A stretch of DNA of 63,514 nucleotides, counting the filler, from Chthonomonadaceae bacterium (GTDB lineage Bacteria > Armatimonadota > Chthonomonadetes > Chthonomonadales > Chthonomonadaceae): assembly GCA_035650735.1 (NCBI GenBank). It is 8 parts of 8 records of this genome, joined end to end, with 100 filler letters (N's around TTAATTAATTAA, not from the genome) between each part and the next. Parts side by side here need not be neighbours in the genome. Positions count along the whole stretch, not along the records: positions 16,061 to 26,451 come from DASRGZ010000004.1; positions 26,552 to 38,323 come from DASRGZ010000005.1; 6 more parts are not named here. One strand, given 5' to 3'. The position numbers were made by a program, and so were the translations under genes. The notes beneath the pieces were generated by a model. It was given only the letters and a program-made list of their open reading frames with translations, searched no databases and was not told the origin of the DNA. Numbering within the stretch: the stretch's first letter is position 1; each line of letters opens with the position of its first letter. This document shows positions 18,885-29,398 of the stretch, in pieces.

Positions 18885-19802
18885 ATGTCTAAACTCCTGA
18901 CCTGCTTCCAGGAAACCTTTCTCCTGTCGCTGTTTCCGCAAGGGACACGCATCACGGCGGTCCGCTTCATGCAGACAATGACGCCCTGCCCGCTTTACGT
19001 GCGGGTTGCCTTGCCGGATGCCACCGAGGCAGAAGTCGTGCTGCGGATAGCGCGCAACAGGGAGGGCGTGGCGAGGGAGGCCATCATCTTCCCGGTTCTG
19101 GCCCGGTTCGGTCTGCCTGTACCGAGCGTGCTGGCAGGGCCGGTTTTGGACCCGGATGCGCCGGAAGCGGGTTCTATGACGGTCAACAGCCTTCTGCCGG
19201 GAGAGACCTTACAGGCCATCAGTTGCGCCTCTGCCGCAGGGCTGGAATTGGCGATTGGGCTGCTCATCGAAGCGGTATCCCGCCTGCATCAGCTCACAGA
19301 GCCATTACGCCAGCAAGCGGCAGCGCAGCTTCTGCCCCGCAAAACGCTGCTATCGGACCTCCAGTTGCTTATTCATAGCGGAAACCGGTGGGTGCAGGAG
19401 CCTCTCTTTGAAGAGGCCGTGAGCCGTCTTCTCCCCATTGTCGCCGCCATTCAGACACCGCTCGTATTCTCCAACGGCGACTATCAGCCTGCCAATTTCC
19501 TCTCAGATGGCAACCGCTTGACGGGGTTTGTGGATTTCGAGAAGGCTTGCTTTGAAGATCCCCTGATTACTTTTGCCAGGTATCCAACCTATGCCCTGGA
19601 CCCCCTCAATAAAGCGGAGATTGTAGACCGTTATCTGAGAGCGCACGGCTATTCAGACTACGACTTCGCTTCCCGCCTGGCTGTCTTCTGCCTGCGTACC
19701 CTCTGCACGAAAGTTCCTGTGTCTGGCGGAAATACCCAACAACAAGAGCGCCGAGAGCATGTCCTGGGCCTGTTAGGCAAGGCTCTGGCTGCGCTGAATT
19801 GA
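18885..19802 (+). CDS. Aminoglycoside phosphotransferase/choline kinase-family protein
   Basis: Brenner-like motif SNGDYQPANFL and GFVDFE. Confidence 0.8.
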   Translation: MSKLLTCFQETFLLSLFPQGTRITAVRFMQTMTPCPLYVRVALPDATEAEVVLRIARNREGVAREAIIFPVLARFGLPVPSVLAGPVLDPDAPEAGSMTVNSLLPGETLQAISCASAAGLELAIGLLIEAVSRLHQLTEPLRQQAAAQLLPRKTLLSDLQLLIHSGNRWVQEPLFEEAVSRLLPIVAAIQTPLVFSNGDYQPANFLSDGNRLTGFVDFEKACFEDPLITFARYPTYALDPLNKAEIVDRYLRAHGYSDYDFASRLAVFCLRTLCTKVPVSGGNTQQQERREHVLGLLGKALAALN

Positions 19803-19926
19803 CGAAAAAATCTAGCTCAGAGCACGCTCCAGCCCGTTTTAGCGACATTTGCTGCGCTCGCGGGTGCTGGCAGCCCCCGGTCTGCGGAGGCAGGAAACAT
19901 TTCTGCAAAAATCTACTCCTGCTCCC

Positions 19927-19957
19927 TTGACAAAGATATTTTGCTTATGTAAACTAT
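19927..19957 (+). promoter_or_regulatory. Sigma70 promoter with overlapping candidate MarR operator
   Basis: TTGACA-17-TAAACT (19927-19955). Imperfect palindrome ATATTTTGC-TTAT-GTAAACTAT (19936-19957). Confidence 0.7.
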
Positions 19958-19990
19958 GTGGAAAGTCGAACCTTCAGGAAGATCAAACTA

Positions 19991-20626
19991 ATGAGCGATC
20001 CGGAACGTATCCCTTCCTCCGGTGGGCGCACCGGAAAATCCCAGAGCCATCTTCCCTGCGCGACTGCGGGGGAAGTGCCCCTCAGCCGTGCCTGGTTTCG
20101 GGTCGCGCGCGCCATGATGTTCGATGAGACGCCCATTCCCGAACTCGACGCCCTGCCGCTGGCCCAGCTGCGTCTGCTATGGACGGTGCGCCATTGGCAG
20201 GACGCGACCATGAAAGATTTCAGCGAGCGGCTGAGCGTCTCCCAATCTACCGTTACGCAACTGGCGGATCGCCTCGTGCGGCGCGGCCTGGTGGAGCGGC
20301 ACACCGATCCGGAAGACCGGCGCGTCGTGCGCCTGCGCGTGAGCGCGCAGGGGCATGCCCTTCTGGAGCGGGCCGAGATGCAGCAGCGGCAGACCTTTCG
20401 CGCCGTCTGGGACGCGCTTTCTATACCGGAGCAGCAGGAGGTGCTGCGCGCCCTGGAGGCGCTGGGCAAAACGGCCGAGTCCGTGCGGGCCGCGCAGGGC
20501 CGACCGCTGCCGTCCTGGTCGGAGTCCTGCCGCCAGGAGACGCCTGCCGTTTCCGAGGCGGCGCAGCCGCAGCCGGTGGTGAATCTGATGGCGCGGCGGG
20601 TGCGCGGGCGCGCTGCCCGTGGGTAA
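19991..20626 (+). CDS. MarR-family transcriptional regulator
   Basis: wHTH segment LSVSQSTVTQLADRLVRRGLVER...DPEDRRVVRLRVSAQG. Confidence 0.9.
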   Translation: MSDPERIPSSGGRTGKSQSHLPCATAGEVPLSRAWFRVARAMMFDETPIPELDALPLAQLRLLWTVRHWQDATMKDFSERLSVSQSTVTQLADRLVRRGLVERHTDPEDRRVVRLRVSAQGHALLERAEMQQRQTFRAVWDALSIPEQQEVLRALEALGKTAESVRAAQGRPLPSWSESCRQETPAVSEAAQPQPVVNLMARRVRGRAARG

Positions 20627-20775
20627 TGCCGCCGCAAGTTTTTCGAAGTTGGCGAAACGCAGCCCGGCCAGGCACGTCAAAAGAGGAGGCGCCCCGGCGT
20701 TTCTGCCCGGAACGGCGTTGCGGGCGCTCAGTTCTCCCAACTTCCTAACCCCATATCCGAAAGGAATCGCGACTC

Positions 20776-22407
20776 ATGAATCGTCCCGTCTGCTTCCGTG
20801 CCGTTGCCCTTGCCTCAATGGTCCTGGTTGAGCTTACGGGCGCGGCGGTCGCAGCCGAGCAGCCACCGTCTGTCACACCGGCCCGGCAGACCGAGACCAA
20901 CCAGACGCCTCCGCCGCAGTCCCCGCCGATGGGCGCGACCCAGCCGCCCCCGGCCCCGACGGGTGGAACCGCGCCGCAAACCGGAAATGGAGCGCAGAAC
21001 AACAGGGTCACGCGCGTGGGGCGCCCGCAAACACAGATGACTCCTGCCCAGCAGCGCTACGGCCTGCCGCGCAATCCCATCGTCGGCGGGCCGGTGGATA
21101 CCGATCTGAGCAAGCCGCTTTCCCTGGAGCGTGCCGTGGCCATCGGGCTCCAGCAGCAAAATGCCATCGCCATTGCCAGTACCCAGGCGCAAGCGGCCTC
21201 GGCGCGGCTGGTGCAGGCCCGCGCCAACTACTATCCTCAGATCACGCCCAGCTTTCAATACACCACCAGCCTGCGCCCTGGTGGACGCGTTTTCATTAAC
21301 GGCACCAGCTTTGGCGGCGCGGCCTCTTCGGAGACCGTCACCGACGTCATTGTGGCCCGCCAGCTTATCTGGGATACCGGCAGAAGGGAAGCCACCGTCG
21401 GCCTCAACCGCCGCAGCCTCTTCTCCGCCGAATATAACCTGGCCGACCAGCGCCAGGCCGTCATTCTCAACGTCATCTCCAGCTATTACGAGGTGCTGCG
21501 TGACCAGGAGCTGGTGCGCGTGGAGGAGGAGAACGTGCGCCGCTCGCAAACCACTCTCGAATCCATCCGTGCGCAGGTAGAGGTCGGAAACGCAGCCCAG
21601 ACCGACACCCTGCAGGCCGAGGCCGACCTGGCCAACGCGCAGGTGGCGCTGCTACAGGCGCGCAATAACCTCGACGTCGCCCAGGCGACGCTCAAAAACG
21701 CGATGGGAGTGATCTCCGACCAGCCCTTAGCCCTGTCAACGCAACCGCCCACCCCCAGCACCGTCCCGGATACGAGCGGGGTGGACCACTATACCCAGGT
21801 CGCCTACGCCAACCGCCTCGATCTCAAGGCGCAGCAGGAGCGCATTAACGCGCAGGGCTATAATGTGCGGCTGGCTAACATTGACAACGGCCTCAGCGCT
21901 ACCGCCGACGTCACCGAAGGCTACCAGTTAGACCCGGATGCAGGCGAAGAGCGCCAGTTCAACGTCTTATTCTCCTATCCGCTCTTCAACGGCGGCAGCA
22001 CGCGCGCTGCCGTGCGCGAGAGTAAGGCCACGCTGGAGCAGGAGCGGCGCACGCTGGATCAGCTTGAGCAAAACGTCCGCCTGGATGTCGAGCAGTCCTA
22101 TGTGACGCGCGAGCAGGCCCGCCAGCGCATTGTCGCCAGCCAGACGGCGGTGCAGGCCGGCCAGACCAACTACAACGCCGCGCTGGAAAAACAGCGCAAC
22201 GGCCTGATCAATATCCTGGACGTGCTTAACGCCGAGGCCCAGCTTGTCAACGCGCAGGTCAATCTTGTCCAGGCCATCTACGATTTCTATATCGCCGATG
22301 CCCGCCTGCAGCGCGACATTGGCCTCAACGATCCCAACTACGTTCCTAACGTGCCTGATTTCAAGCGGGCTGTGGTGCCGCCTCCGCCGGCGCCCGCCAA
22401 ACCGTAG
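20776..22407 (+). CDS. TolC-family outer membrane efflux protein
   Basis: Signal peptide, LSLERAVAIGLQQ, ARANYYPQI, YPLFNGG and two OEP repeats. Confidence 0.9.
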   Translation: MNRPVCFRAVALASMVLVELTGAAVAAEQPPSVTPARQTETNQTPPPQSPPMGATQPPPAPTGGTAPQTGNGAQNNRVTRVGRPQTQMTPAQQRYGLPRNPIVGGPVDTDLSKPLSLERAVAIGLQQQNAIAIASTQAQAASARLVQARANYYPQITPSFQYTTSLRPGGRVFINGTSFGGAASSETVTDVIVARQLIWDTGRREATVGLNRRSLFSAEYNLADQRQAVILNVISSYYEVLRDQELVRVEEENVRRSQTTLESIRAQVEVGNAAQTDTLQAEADLANAQVALLQARNNLDVAQATLKNAMGVISDQPLALSTQPPTPSTVPDTSGVDHYTQVAYANRLDLKAQQERINAQGYNVRLANIDNGLSATADVTEGYQLDPDAGEERQFNVLFSYPLFNGGSTRAAVRESKATLEQERRTLDQLEQNVRLDVEQSYVTREQARQRIVASQTAVQAGQTNYNAALEKQRNGLINILDVLNAEAQLVNAQVNLVQAIYDFYIADARLQRDIGLNDPNYVPNVPDFKRAVVPPPPAPAKP

Positions 22408-22482
22408 CTCGTCGCTCGGGACGCCCTATCGCGTCCGATTGGCCCGCCTCGATAGCCCGGCGGGCGGAAGGAAGTCTCTACT

Positions 22483-24252
22483 ATGATCAAGCGCGCCATC
22501 ACCATTATGGTCGTGCTAGCCGTTCTTATTGTCGGCGGCCTCTTTACCGCCAAAAGCCTGCGCGCCAGCGCAAGCAAAGATCCCAATCAGTATCGGATCG
22601 CTGCCGTGAAGCGGGATATGGTCAAGAAGACCGTCACCGCCACCGGCATCCTCACGGCCTGGACGACCGTAGACATCAAGAGCAAAGCCGGAGGCCGGAT
22701 CGACCGCCTGGCGGTGGATGAGGGAAGCATTGTCAAGAAGGGAGACCTGATCGCCCAGATCGATCCTTCCGATACCCTGCTGACCTACAACACGGCCAAG
22801 GCGGATATCGAGGCCAATCGGGCCAAGGTGGACGAAACCGCCAAAACGCTGGCTTTGCAGCAGAAGCAGACTCGCGTTTCCATCGAGACGGCGCTGGCCA
22901 ACCTGAACTCGGCGAAGGCGGCGGCGGCCTCGGCGAGAGCGCGCTACGAGTCGGCCAAAAACCAGGCGGATGCGCAGAAGGATCTGACCGAGGCCACCGT
23001 CGAGAATGCCCGGGCGACCCTGGCGGCAGAGCAGGAACGCCTGAACCAGTTGGTCAGCGCCTCCCATCCGCAGGAGAACGCCAGCGCGCTGGCGGCCCTG
23101 CATCAGGCCGAAGCCAACGCCAAGAACGCCGAAGTGCAGTGGCGGCGGCAGAAGGCGCTGTTGGACAAGGGCTTCGTGGCCCAATCCACGGTAGACCAGG
23201 CGGAAGCGGCCTACGAAGTCGCCAAAGCGACGCTGGAGAGCGCTCGCGAGAAGATGAACACCATCCAGCCGGAACTCGATGCCGATCTGAAGGCGCAGCG
23301 GGCGCGCGTTCGCCAAGTGCAAGCGGCGTTAAATCAGGCGGAAACGGGCCGCGTGGATGTCAAGCTCCGCCAGCAGGCGGCGCAGGCGGCATGGGCAGAC
23401 TACCAGCAGGCGCTCGCAGGAGTTCGGCAGGCGCAGGCCAAGGTGGAAGAGGCCAGGGCGGAACAACTCAACAACGTTATCCGCAGGACCCAGATCGCTC
23501 AAGCCATTGCCGCTGGCGCCCGCGCCCAGGCGACGATGGTCAATGCCAAGACCCAGCTCGATCAGACTCGCGTGGTAGCCCCCAGCGATGGGATCATCCT
23601 CAAGAAATACGTGGAGCAGGGAACCCTCATCACTTCGGGCGTCTCCTTCAACTCCACCGGCACCAGCATCGTCCAGCTTGGAGACATCTCCCGCATGTAC
23701 GTGGATGTTCAGGTGGATGAGACCGACGTGGCCAACGTGGATATGGACCAGAAGGTAGACATCACCTTCGATGCCTACCCCACTACCCCCTTCGAGGGCA
23801 AGGTCATCAAGGTCGACCCCCAGGCCGTGGTGGACCAGAACGTCACCACCGTGCACGTGCGCGTCGAAGTGGATAACTCCGTGCCCTCCTACCGGCTGCT
23901 CAAGCCGGGCATGAACGCCACCTGTGAGTTCATCGTGGACAAGAAGGACGATGTGGTGGCCGTTCCCAACGAGGCGTTGAAGACCGACGAGAATGGGGGC
24001 CACTATGTCGAGATAGCGGTAGGAGGGAAGGTGGCTCCGGCGGACAAGGACAGCGAGAAGGACCCGAACCTGTTGGTGGACATCAAGAAGGTGAAGCGTC
24101 CTATCGAGATAGGTCTGGAGGGCAACGACTTGACGGAGGTGGTGAGCGGGCTGAAGGAGGGGGATCGCGTGATCACCCAGACGATAGAACCGAGCACCAA
24201 CATACCTGGCGGCAATCCGTTCGGCGGTGGCAGAGGGCCAGGGCGCAGGTAA
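22483..24252 (+). CDS. Efflux periplasmic adaptor (MacA/HlyD-like) with long alpha-hairpin
   Basis: Motifs VDEGSIVKKGDLIAQID, APSDG, VDETDV and LKPGMNA. Confidence 0.9.
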   Translation: MIKRAITIMVVLAVLIVGGLFTAKSLRASASKDPNQYRIAAVKRDMVKKTVTATGILTAWTTVDIKSKAGGRIDRLAVDEGSIVKKGDLIAQIDPSDTLLTYNTAKADIEANRAKVDETAKTLALQQKQTRVSIETALANLNSAKAAAASARARYESAKNQADAQKDLTEATVENARATLAAEQERLNQLVSASHPQENASALAALHQAEANAKNAEVQWRRQKALLDKGFVAQSTVDQAEAAYEVAKATLESAREKMNTIQPELDADLKAQRARVRQVQAALNQAETGRVDVKLRQQAAQAAWADYQQALAGVRQAQAKVEEARAEQLNNVIRRTQIAQAIAAGARAQATMVNAKTQLDQTRVVAPSDGIILKKYVEQGTLITSGVSFNSTGTSIVQLGDISRMYVDVQVDETDVANVDMDQKVDITFDAYPTTPFEGKVIKVDPQAVVDQNVTTVHVRVEVDNSVPSYRLLKPGMNATCEFIVDKKDDVVAVPNEALKTDENGGHYVEIAVGGKVAPADKDSEKDPNLLVDIKKVKRPIEIGLEGNDLTEVVSGLKEGDRVITQTIEPSTNIPGGNPFGGGRGPGRR

Positions 24253-24321
24253 GGCGAAAGGCGGAAGGAGGAAAGAGACTTTGCTTTCTTCCTCCTTCCA
24301 CCTTTAGAAGAGGGTACGAAC

Positions 24322-25533
24322 ATGTTGGTAGGATTGACTTCGGCCCTGCGCGGGCTGGCAACCAACAAACTGCGCTCCTTTTTAACGATGCTGGGCGTCA
24401 TCTTCGGGGTGGCGGCGGTCATTGTCGCTGTGGCGCTGGGCCAGGGGTCGCGCGACGCTTCCATGCGCCGCTTCCAGAGGCTCGGCACGACAACGCTGAC
24501 CGTCTTTCCCGGACGCGCCAGCAGCAGGGGCATCAGCTTCGGGCAGGTCAATACGCTTAAGTATGAGGATGCGGCGGCGATCTTGCGCGCCTGTCCTTCC
24601 GTGCGGCGCGTCTCGCCAGAAAAGAGCGGCTTCCTGCAGGTCAAATACGGCGATAAGAACACGAACACGACCGTCTACGGCACCGGTGCCGATTTCCCGA
24701 TCATTCGCAAATTCGATTTTCGAGAGGGCGCCTATTTTACGGACCAGGACGTAAAAGCCAAGCGGATGGTCTGCGTGCTCGGCTGGCAGGTGTATAAGGA
24801 CCTCTTTGATAGCGGCCCCTGTGTCGGTCGCCGGGTCTATATCAAAGGCCAGAGCTTCAAGGTGCTGGGGCTGTTCGCCGAGCGCGGCGGCGGCGGCTTT
24901 CAGAACGAAGATGACCGCGTCTATGTGCCCGTCACGACGGCCTTGCGCCGCCTCTTCGGCTCGGAAAACGTGCTGAGCGGCATGAGCGTACAGGGACGCA
25001 GCGAGTCGCTGATGCAGAAGGCCCAGCAGGAAGTGGACGATGTGCTGCGCAAGCGGCATAAGATCGGCGAGGGCAAACCCAGCGACGCCATCATCTTCAA
25101 CGCGGCGACGGCGGCGCAGACCAGCAGTGAGCAGGCCGCCGACTTCGAGCAGTTGATCAACTGCCTGGCGGCGGTGGCGCTGATTGTGGGCGGTATCGGC
25201 ATCATGAACATCATGCTCGTCTCCGTCACCGAGCGCACCCGCGAGATCGGGGTCCGCAAGGCCATCGGGGCCAAGCGGCGCAACATCCTCTCGCAGTTCC
25301 TGCTGGAGGCCCTCTTCCTGTCCCTGACTGGAGGGCTGATTGGAGTGATCTGTGGGATCCTGTTCACCATCTATGGGCTGCCCCGTCTGAAACCGGATTG
25401 GGAGACGACCCTGACGCTGATGCCGACGTTTGTGGCGTTCGGCTTCTCGGCCCTGGTCGGTATCTTCTTCGGGTTCTACCCGGCGCTCAAGGCGTCGAAA
25501 CTGAACCCCATCGAGGCGCTACGCTACGAGTAA
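24322..25533 (+). CDS. MacB/FtsX-like ABC transporter permease
   Basis: Motifs NKLRSFLTMLGVIFGV, GGIGIMNIMLVSVTERTREIG and C-terminal LNPIEALRYE. Confidence 0.93.
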   Translation: MLVGLTSALRGLATNKLRSFLTMLGVIFGVAAVIVAVALGQGSRDASMRRFQRLGTTTLTVFPGRASSRGISFGQVNTLKYEDAAAILRACPSVRRVSPEKSGFLQVKYGDKNTNTTVYGTGADFPIIRKFDFREGAYFTDQDVKAKRMVCVLGWQVYKDLFDSGPCVGRRVYIKGQSFKVLGLFAERGGGGFQNEDDRVYVPVTTALRRLFGSENVLSGMSVQGRSESLMQKAQQEVDDVLRKRHKIGEGKPSDAIIFNAATAAQTSSEQAADFEQLINCLAAVALIVGGIGIMNIMLVSVTERTREIGVRKAIGAKRRNILSQFLLEALFLSLTGGLIGVICGILFTIYGLPRLKPDWETTLTLMPTFVAFGFSALVGIFFGFYPALKASKLNPIEALRYE

Positions 25534-25605
25534 CGGCAAGGCACTACTCATCACCACTGCGGCGCCGGCAATCCTAGAGGCCGGCGCCCACGCAGGAGAA
25601 GACTC

Positions 25606-26220
25606 ATGAAACGGATGCAGGCTGTATGGTTGGGGCTGGCGACGCTGCTGGTCGCCAGTGTATGCGCCGTGAGCGCGCCGCGCGCGCAGGCACAGGGGAA
25701 CTTTGGCGGGGGGCAGATACCCCCGCAGATGATGGCCCGGATCAAGGAGTGGCAGAAGTGGCGCGAGGCCAATAAGAATCTCTCCAACCTGGGCATGATG
25801 GTTATGCAGGTGCGCGAGACGGACAAGGATCCCGCCACGCGGCTGACCAAGCCGCAGGCCACCAAGATCCTGAATATTATCCGGCCCTGGCGCAACAAGC
25901 CTACGATGACCAACGACCAGGCCAGGGAGGTCTCCAAGCAGATCGGCGCTGTGCTCACCGTCAAGCAGCTTAAGAAGATGAGCACTATCCAGCCGCCCTG
26001 GGCGCGTCGTGGCGGCGGCGGTGGCGGTGGCGGTTTTGGCGGCGGACGGCCTGGCGGTGGTCCAGGCGGCGGCGGTCCGCGTCCCGGCGGATTCACTTTC
26101 CCCGAACCGCCCAAGCACGGGTATAACCCGTTGAACCCGGATACGATGCCCTTCCCCCAGATGCGCGCGCAGGCCCGCAAGAGCATGGATGAGTTCCTGG
26201 CCGATCTGGCGAGGCGCTAA
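25606..26220 (+). CDS. Hypothetical secreted protein with Gly-rich segment
   Basis: AGGAG RBS, signal peptide ending AQA, helical body and a poly-Gly/GGRPGG tract. Confidence 0.75.
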   Translation: MKRMQAVWLGLATLLVASVCAVSAPRAQAQGNFGGGQIPPQMMARIKEWQKWREANKNLSNLGMMVMQVRETDKDPATRLTKPQATKILNIIRPWRNKPTMTNDQAREVSKQIGAVLTVKQLKKMSTIQPPWARRGGGGGGGGFGGGRPGGGPGGGGPRPGGFTFPEPPKHGYNPLNPDTMPFPQMRAQARKSMDEFLADLARR

Positions 26221-26246
26221 AGGTTAAGGAGGCGGCCCTCACCCTA

Positions 26247-26451
26247 CAGCGGCAGGCTCAACCCTGCCGCTCGGGGGCGCAAAGCGCCCGTCACCCACCT
26301 ACGTGGGCGAAACTCTCTGCCTGCGTAGGCAGCAGGGCTGCCCCTAGAGAACGATGGTGACGCCCCTGGCGTTGTCAACGGGTATTCTGCCCGCGTCGGT
26401 GTCGCAGGGCGGAGGGCCGAATTATTGCAGGCCCGACCCTGGCAGTCAGCA
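26247..26451. repeat. Family C composite element (hairpin-ended), truncated by contig end
   Basis: Shares its left ~80 bp with 52189-52459. 26310-26450 matches the reverse complement of 59624-59764 with one mismatch. Contains a family B element at 26401-26446. Confidence 0.85.
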
Positions 26452-26551
26452 NNNNNNNNNNNNNNNNNNNNNNNNNNNNNNNNNNNNNNNNNNNNTTAAT
26501 TAATTAANNNNNNNNNNNNNNNNNNNNNNNNNNNNNNNNNNNNNNNNNNNN

Positions 26552-27813
26552 TATAGTGGCCCAGTTTGTCAAGACACCCGACAGGCATTTTGTAAGTTAG
26601 GGTCTGCTCCTTTCAGCTCGTCTTCTTGAGTGGTGCCGAAATAGACTTCGGCGGGCGGGCGATACCCCAGCGATGGATGGGGACGCTTCTCATTATAGTA
26701 GCTCAGGTAACGGCACAGCCCCTGCCGTGCCTCCCGAGGCATCGGATAGTCATGGAGGTAAACTTCCTCATATTTGACCGTTCGCCATAACCGCTTGGTA
26801 AAGATGTTGTCCATGGCGCGCCCCCGACCGTCCATCGAGACGGCCACCTGCTTGGCCAGCAGCCGATCCACGAATTGGGGGCTGGTGAAGTGGCTGCCCT
26901 GATCACTGTTGCTGATGGCTGGGGGCGCTCTCTCCAAAGCCCGATCCAGACACGCCAGCACGAACCCGATTTCTAGCCTCTGGCTGAGTTCCCAACTCAC
27001 CACATAGCCTGAGTACCAGTCCAGGATCGCTACCAGATACATCCAGATACATCCAGCCAGACAGCAAGCGGACATAAGTGATGTCCACTCCCCAGATGTG
27101 ATTGGGGTAACGCGCCGGCACGCCCCGCAGCAGATACGGATAGCTCCGATGCTCCGGCGCAGGCTGACTCGGATCGGGCTTGGGATAGATCGCCTCCAAT
27201 CCCATCTCCAGCATGTAGGCTCGCACCGTTTTGCGGTCCACCCGCATCCCTTCTTCTCGGAGCAGATGGGCCAACCGCCGCGCGCCCAAGCAGGGATCGT
27301 GAGTAAAGAGTTCATCCCTCCGATGCTTGATCGCCACCTCCCGCGCATCGGAGGGGCGGGGCACATAATACAGACTGGAGCGGCTCAACGACAACAGAGC
27401 GGCTTGCTCCGTCAGCGGCAGTTGAGCGTCCGCCCGCTCAATGAGCCTCACCCGCTCGGCCCTCCTCAGGATCGAGGCCAGATTTTTTTTCAGCCAGGTC
27501 ACTTGGGTGCTGAGCCGACCGATCTGGGCATAGAGTTCTTCGAGTTGCTGTTGATGGGCCGCTTGCTCGGCAGCCCGTTTGCTTTCGCGCTCAAAGAGCG
27601 AGGGCAACCCTTGGAGCGCGGTGGTTTTCCAGGCGCTGATCTGGTTGGGGTGAATGCCGTTCTCGGAAGCAATTTGAGCGATGGTTTTCTCTTCTTTGAG
27701 CGCTTCGGCGACGATTTTGGCTTTGAAAGCGGGGGGAATGCTGTTTTCTCATGGCACTTTCAGTCTAACTTATTTCTGCCGCTTTTCGTGTCCAAATTTC
27801 CTGGGCCATTATA
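26552..27813 (-). mobile_element. IS3-family insertion sequence, inactivated
   Basis: IRs TATAGTGGCCCAG...GACA and TGTC...CTGGGCCATTATA. OrfA (ATG 27752) has an extra C in a C-run. A8 slippery site near 27483-27490. Integrase motifs WGVDITY, NSDQGSHF and LWRTVKYEE. A 10-bp duplication near 27033-27052 shifts OrfB. Confidence 0.93.
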
Positions 27814-27845
27814 AAGATAAAGCACACAGAAGCATGGAGAGAAAA

Positions 27846-29250
27846 ACACTATCCTTGCACTTTTGCAGTTAAGCCTTGAAGGCACGGCTCGTTCTGAGGG
27901 AAAATGGTAAGCGCCAACCCACCATATTCCGAGGAGCGAGCCATGCCTCTACCTATTACCTGTGCAACAGAGGCACTTTGTCAATGCGTTTCTGCCTTTG
28001 CAGAGCATTTCAGCAAGCCCCAGCGCAAGTACTTTGCGACCGTACTGCTGGCGCTGCTGCTCTGTGAGGAACGCAGAACCCTCACCGCCTTACTGCGCAG
28101 AATATTAGACGCTCGCTCGCTCTCAGGACTGTCGCGCTTCTTTGGGCGCGCTCCCTGGTCGCAAGAAGAGGTGGCACAGACCTGGCGCAAACGCTTTGAC
28201 CCCCAAGTGCGTCCTCTGGTCCTCGCCGCCCATCAACAAAAAGAGCAGACACGTCCCAAAAGGCGGGGCAGACCCAAGGCAACCGTCGTGACAGGTTACC
28301 TTCTTCTGGATGACAGCACCCATCCTAAGAGCAAGGGACGCAAGATGGGCGGATTAGGAAGACATTGGTCGTCTACCCAAAAGGCGCAGGTCAGCGGACA
28401 CAGCCTCTTTCAGGCCCTGTATGTGCTGGAGGGACGCCAGTGTCCCCTGTCGCCGAAAATGTAGTGCACCAAGAGCGCCTGCCAGAAGTTAGCGCAACCC
28501 TTTAAGAGCAAGATTGATCTGGCCATTGCGTGTGTAACCGACTTTGAACCCGTCGAGCAGACACAAACTCAGGCCCTTGTCGACTCCTGGTTTGCCTGCC
28601 GCAAACTCTGGAGAGCGGCCAAGAAACGCGGCTTTGCCATCAGCGGCGGACTCAAGTGCAACCGCAAACTGCGCCTTGTGGATGCGGAGGGCAACTCCTT
28701 TTACTGCTCCCTGGCTGAGTATGCCGCCACACTCACACCAGAGCAGTTTACCGAGCATGTCTGGCCCTCGGCTTCGGGAGGCAACGCGGTGTTTGGGCAT
28801 CGGGTGCGCACCTTTGTTAAAAAACTGGGTGCCTGTCAGGTACTGATCGTGCGTGCTAGGGCGGATGCCTCCCTCAAGCAGACCCGCTATTTTGTCTCGA
28901 TTTTGCTGGAGGCCGACACACAGACGCTCTTGGATATTCTTGCGCTCCGCTGGGGGATCGAAACCTTCTTGGACGACTTGAAAGAACTGTTTGGCAGCGA
29001 TCATTATCCAATGATGAGTGCCAAAAGCACTCTGCGATTTTGGACGCTTGCCTGTTGCGGATATGTCTTTTTGGAAGAGCAACGGGCACTTCGTAAGGCG
29101 GCAGGCTCCTTGCTAGGAGTGATCCGCCGACAACTTTACAACGAGCATTACAGCCGCTTACTGGAGTGGCTGAGACAAGGTTTTCAGGACGGCGCTGTGC
29201 CACAGGAGATGGTTCAGCGGCTGGCTGCCTGAAAAGTGCAAAGATAGTGT
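27846..29250 (+). mobile_element. IS701-family element; transposase 27943-29232 with one in-frame TAG (28462-28464)
   Basis: IRs ACACTATCCTTGCACTTTT/AAAAGTGCAAAGATAGTGT. DDE motifs LLDDS, LVDSWF and RWGIETF. The frame continues across the TAG. Confidence 0.88.
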
Positions 29251-29398
29251 GGCCTAGTATAAGCCCTATCGAACAAGGAAACATCCGCCGCATGGCCGAT
29301 TGTGGAGCACGCAACGCAAATGGCAGAAGCGAGATTGACCTCACTAATTTCGTCTATACACTAGCAAATTATGTGGATAGCTCAGCTCGCGCAAGCGC

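Noticed and set aside
18885..19802. Antibiotic resistance call for the phosphotransferase
   Set aside because: Only the fold-level motif is visible. Substrate cannot be inferred.
26310..26451. Overlap with 59624-59764 suggesting contigs 3 and 7 join
   Set aside because: The overlap lies wholly within a repeat and has a mismatch, so it may be two copies. Cannot be decided without reads.
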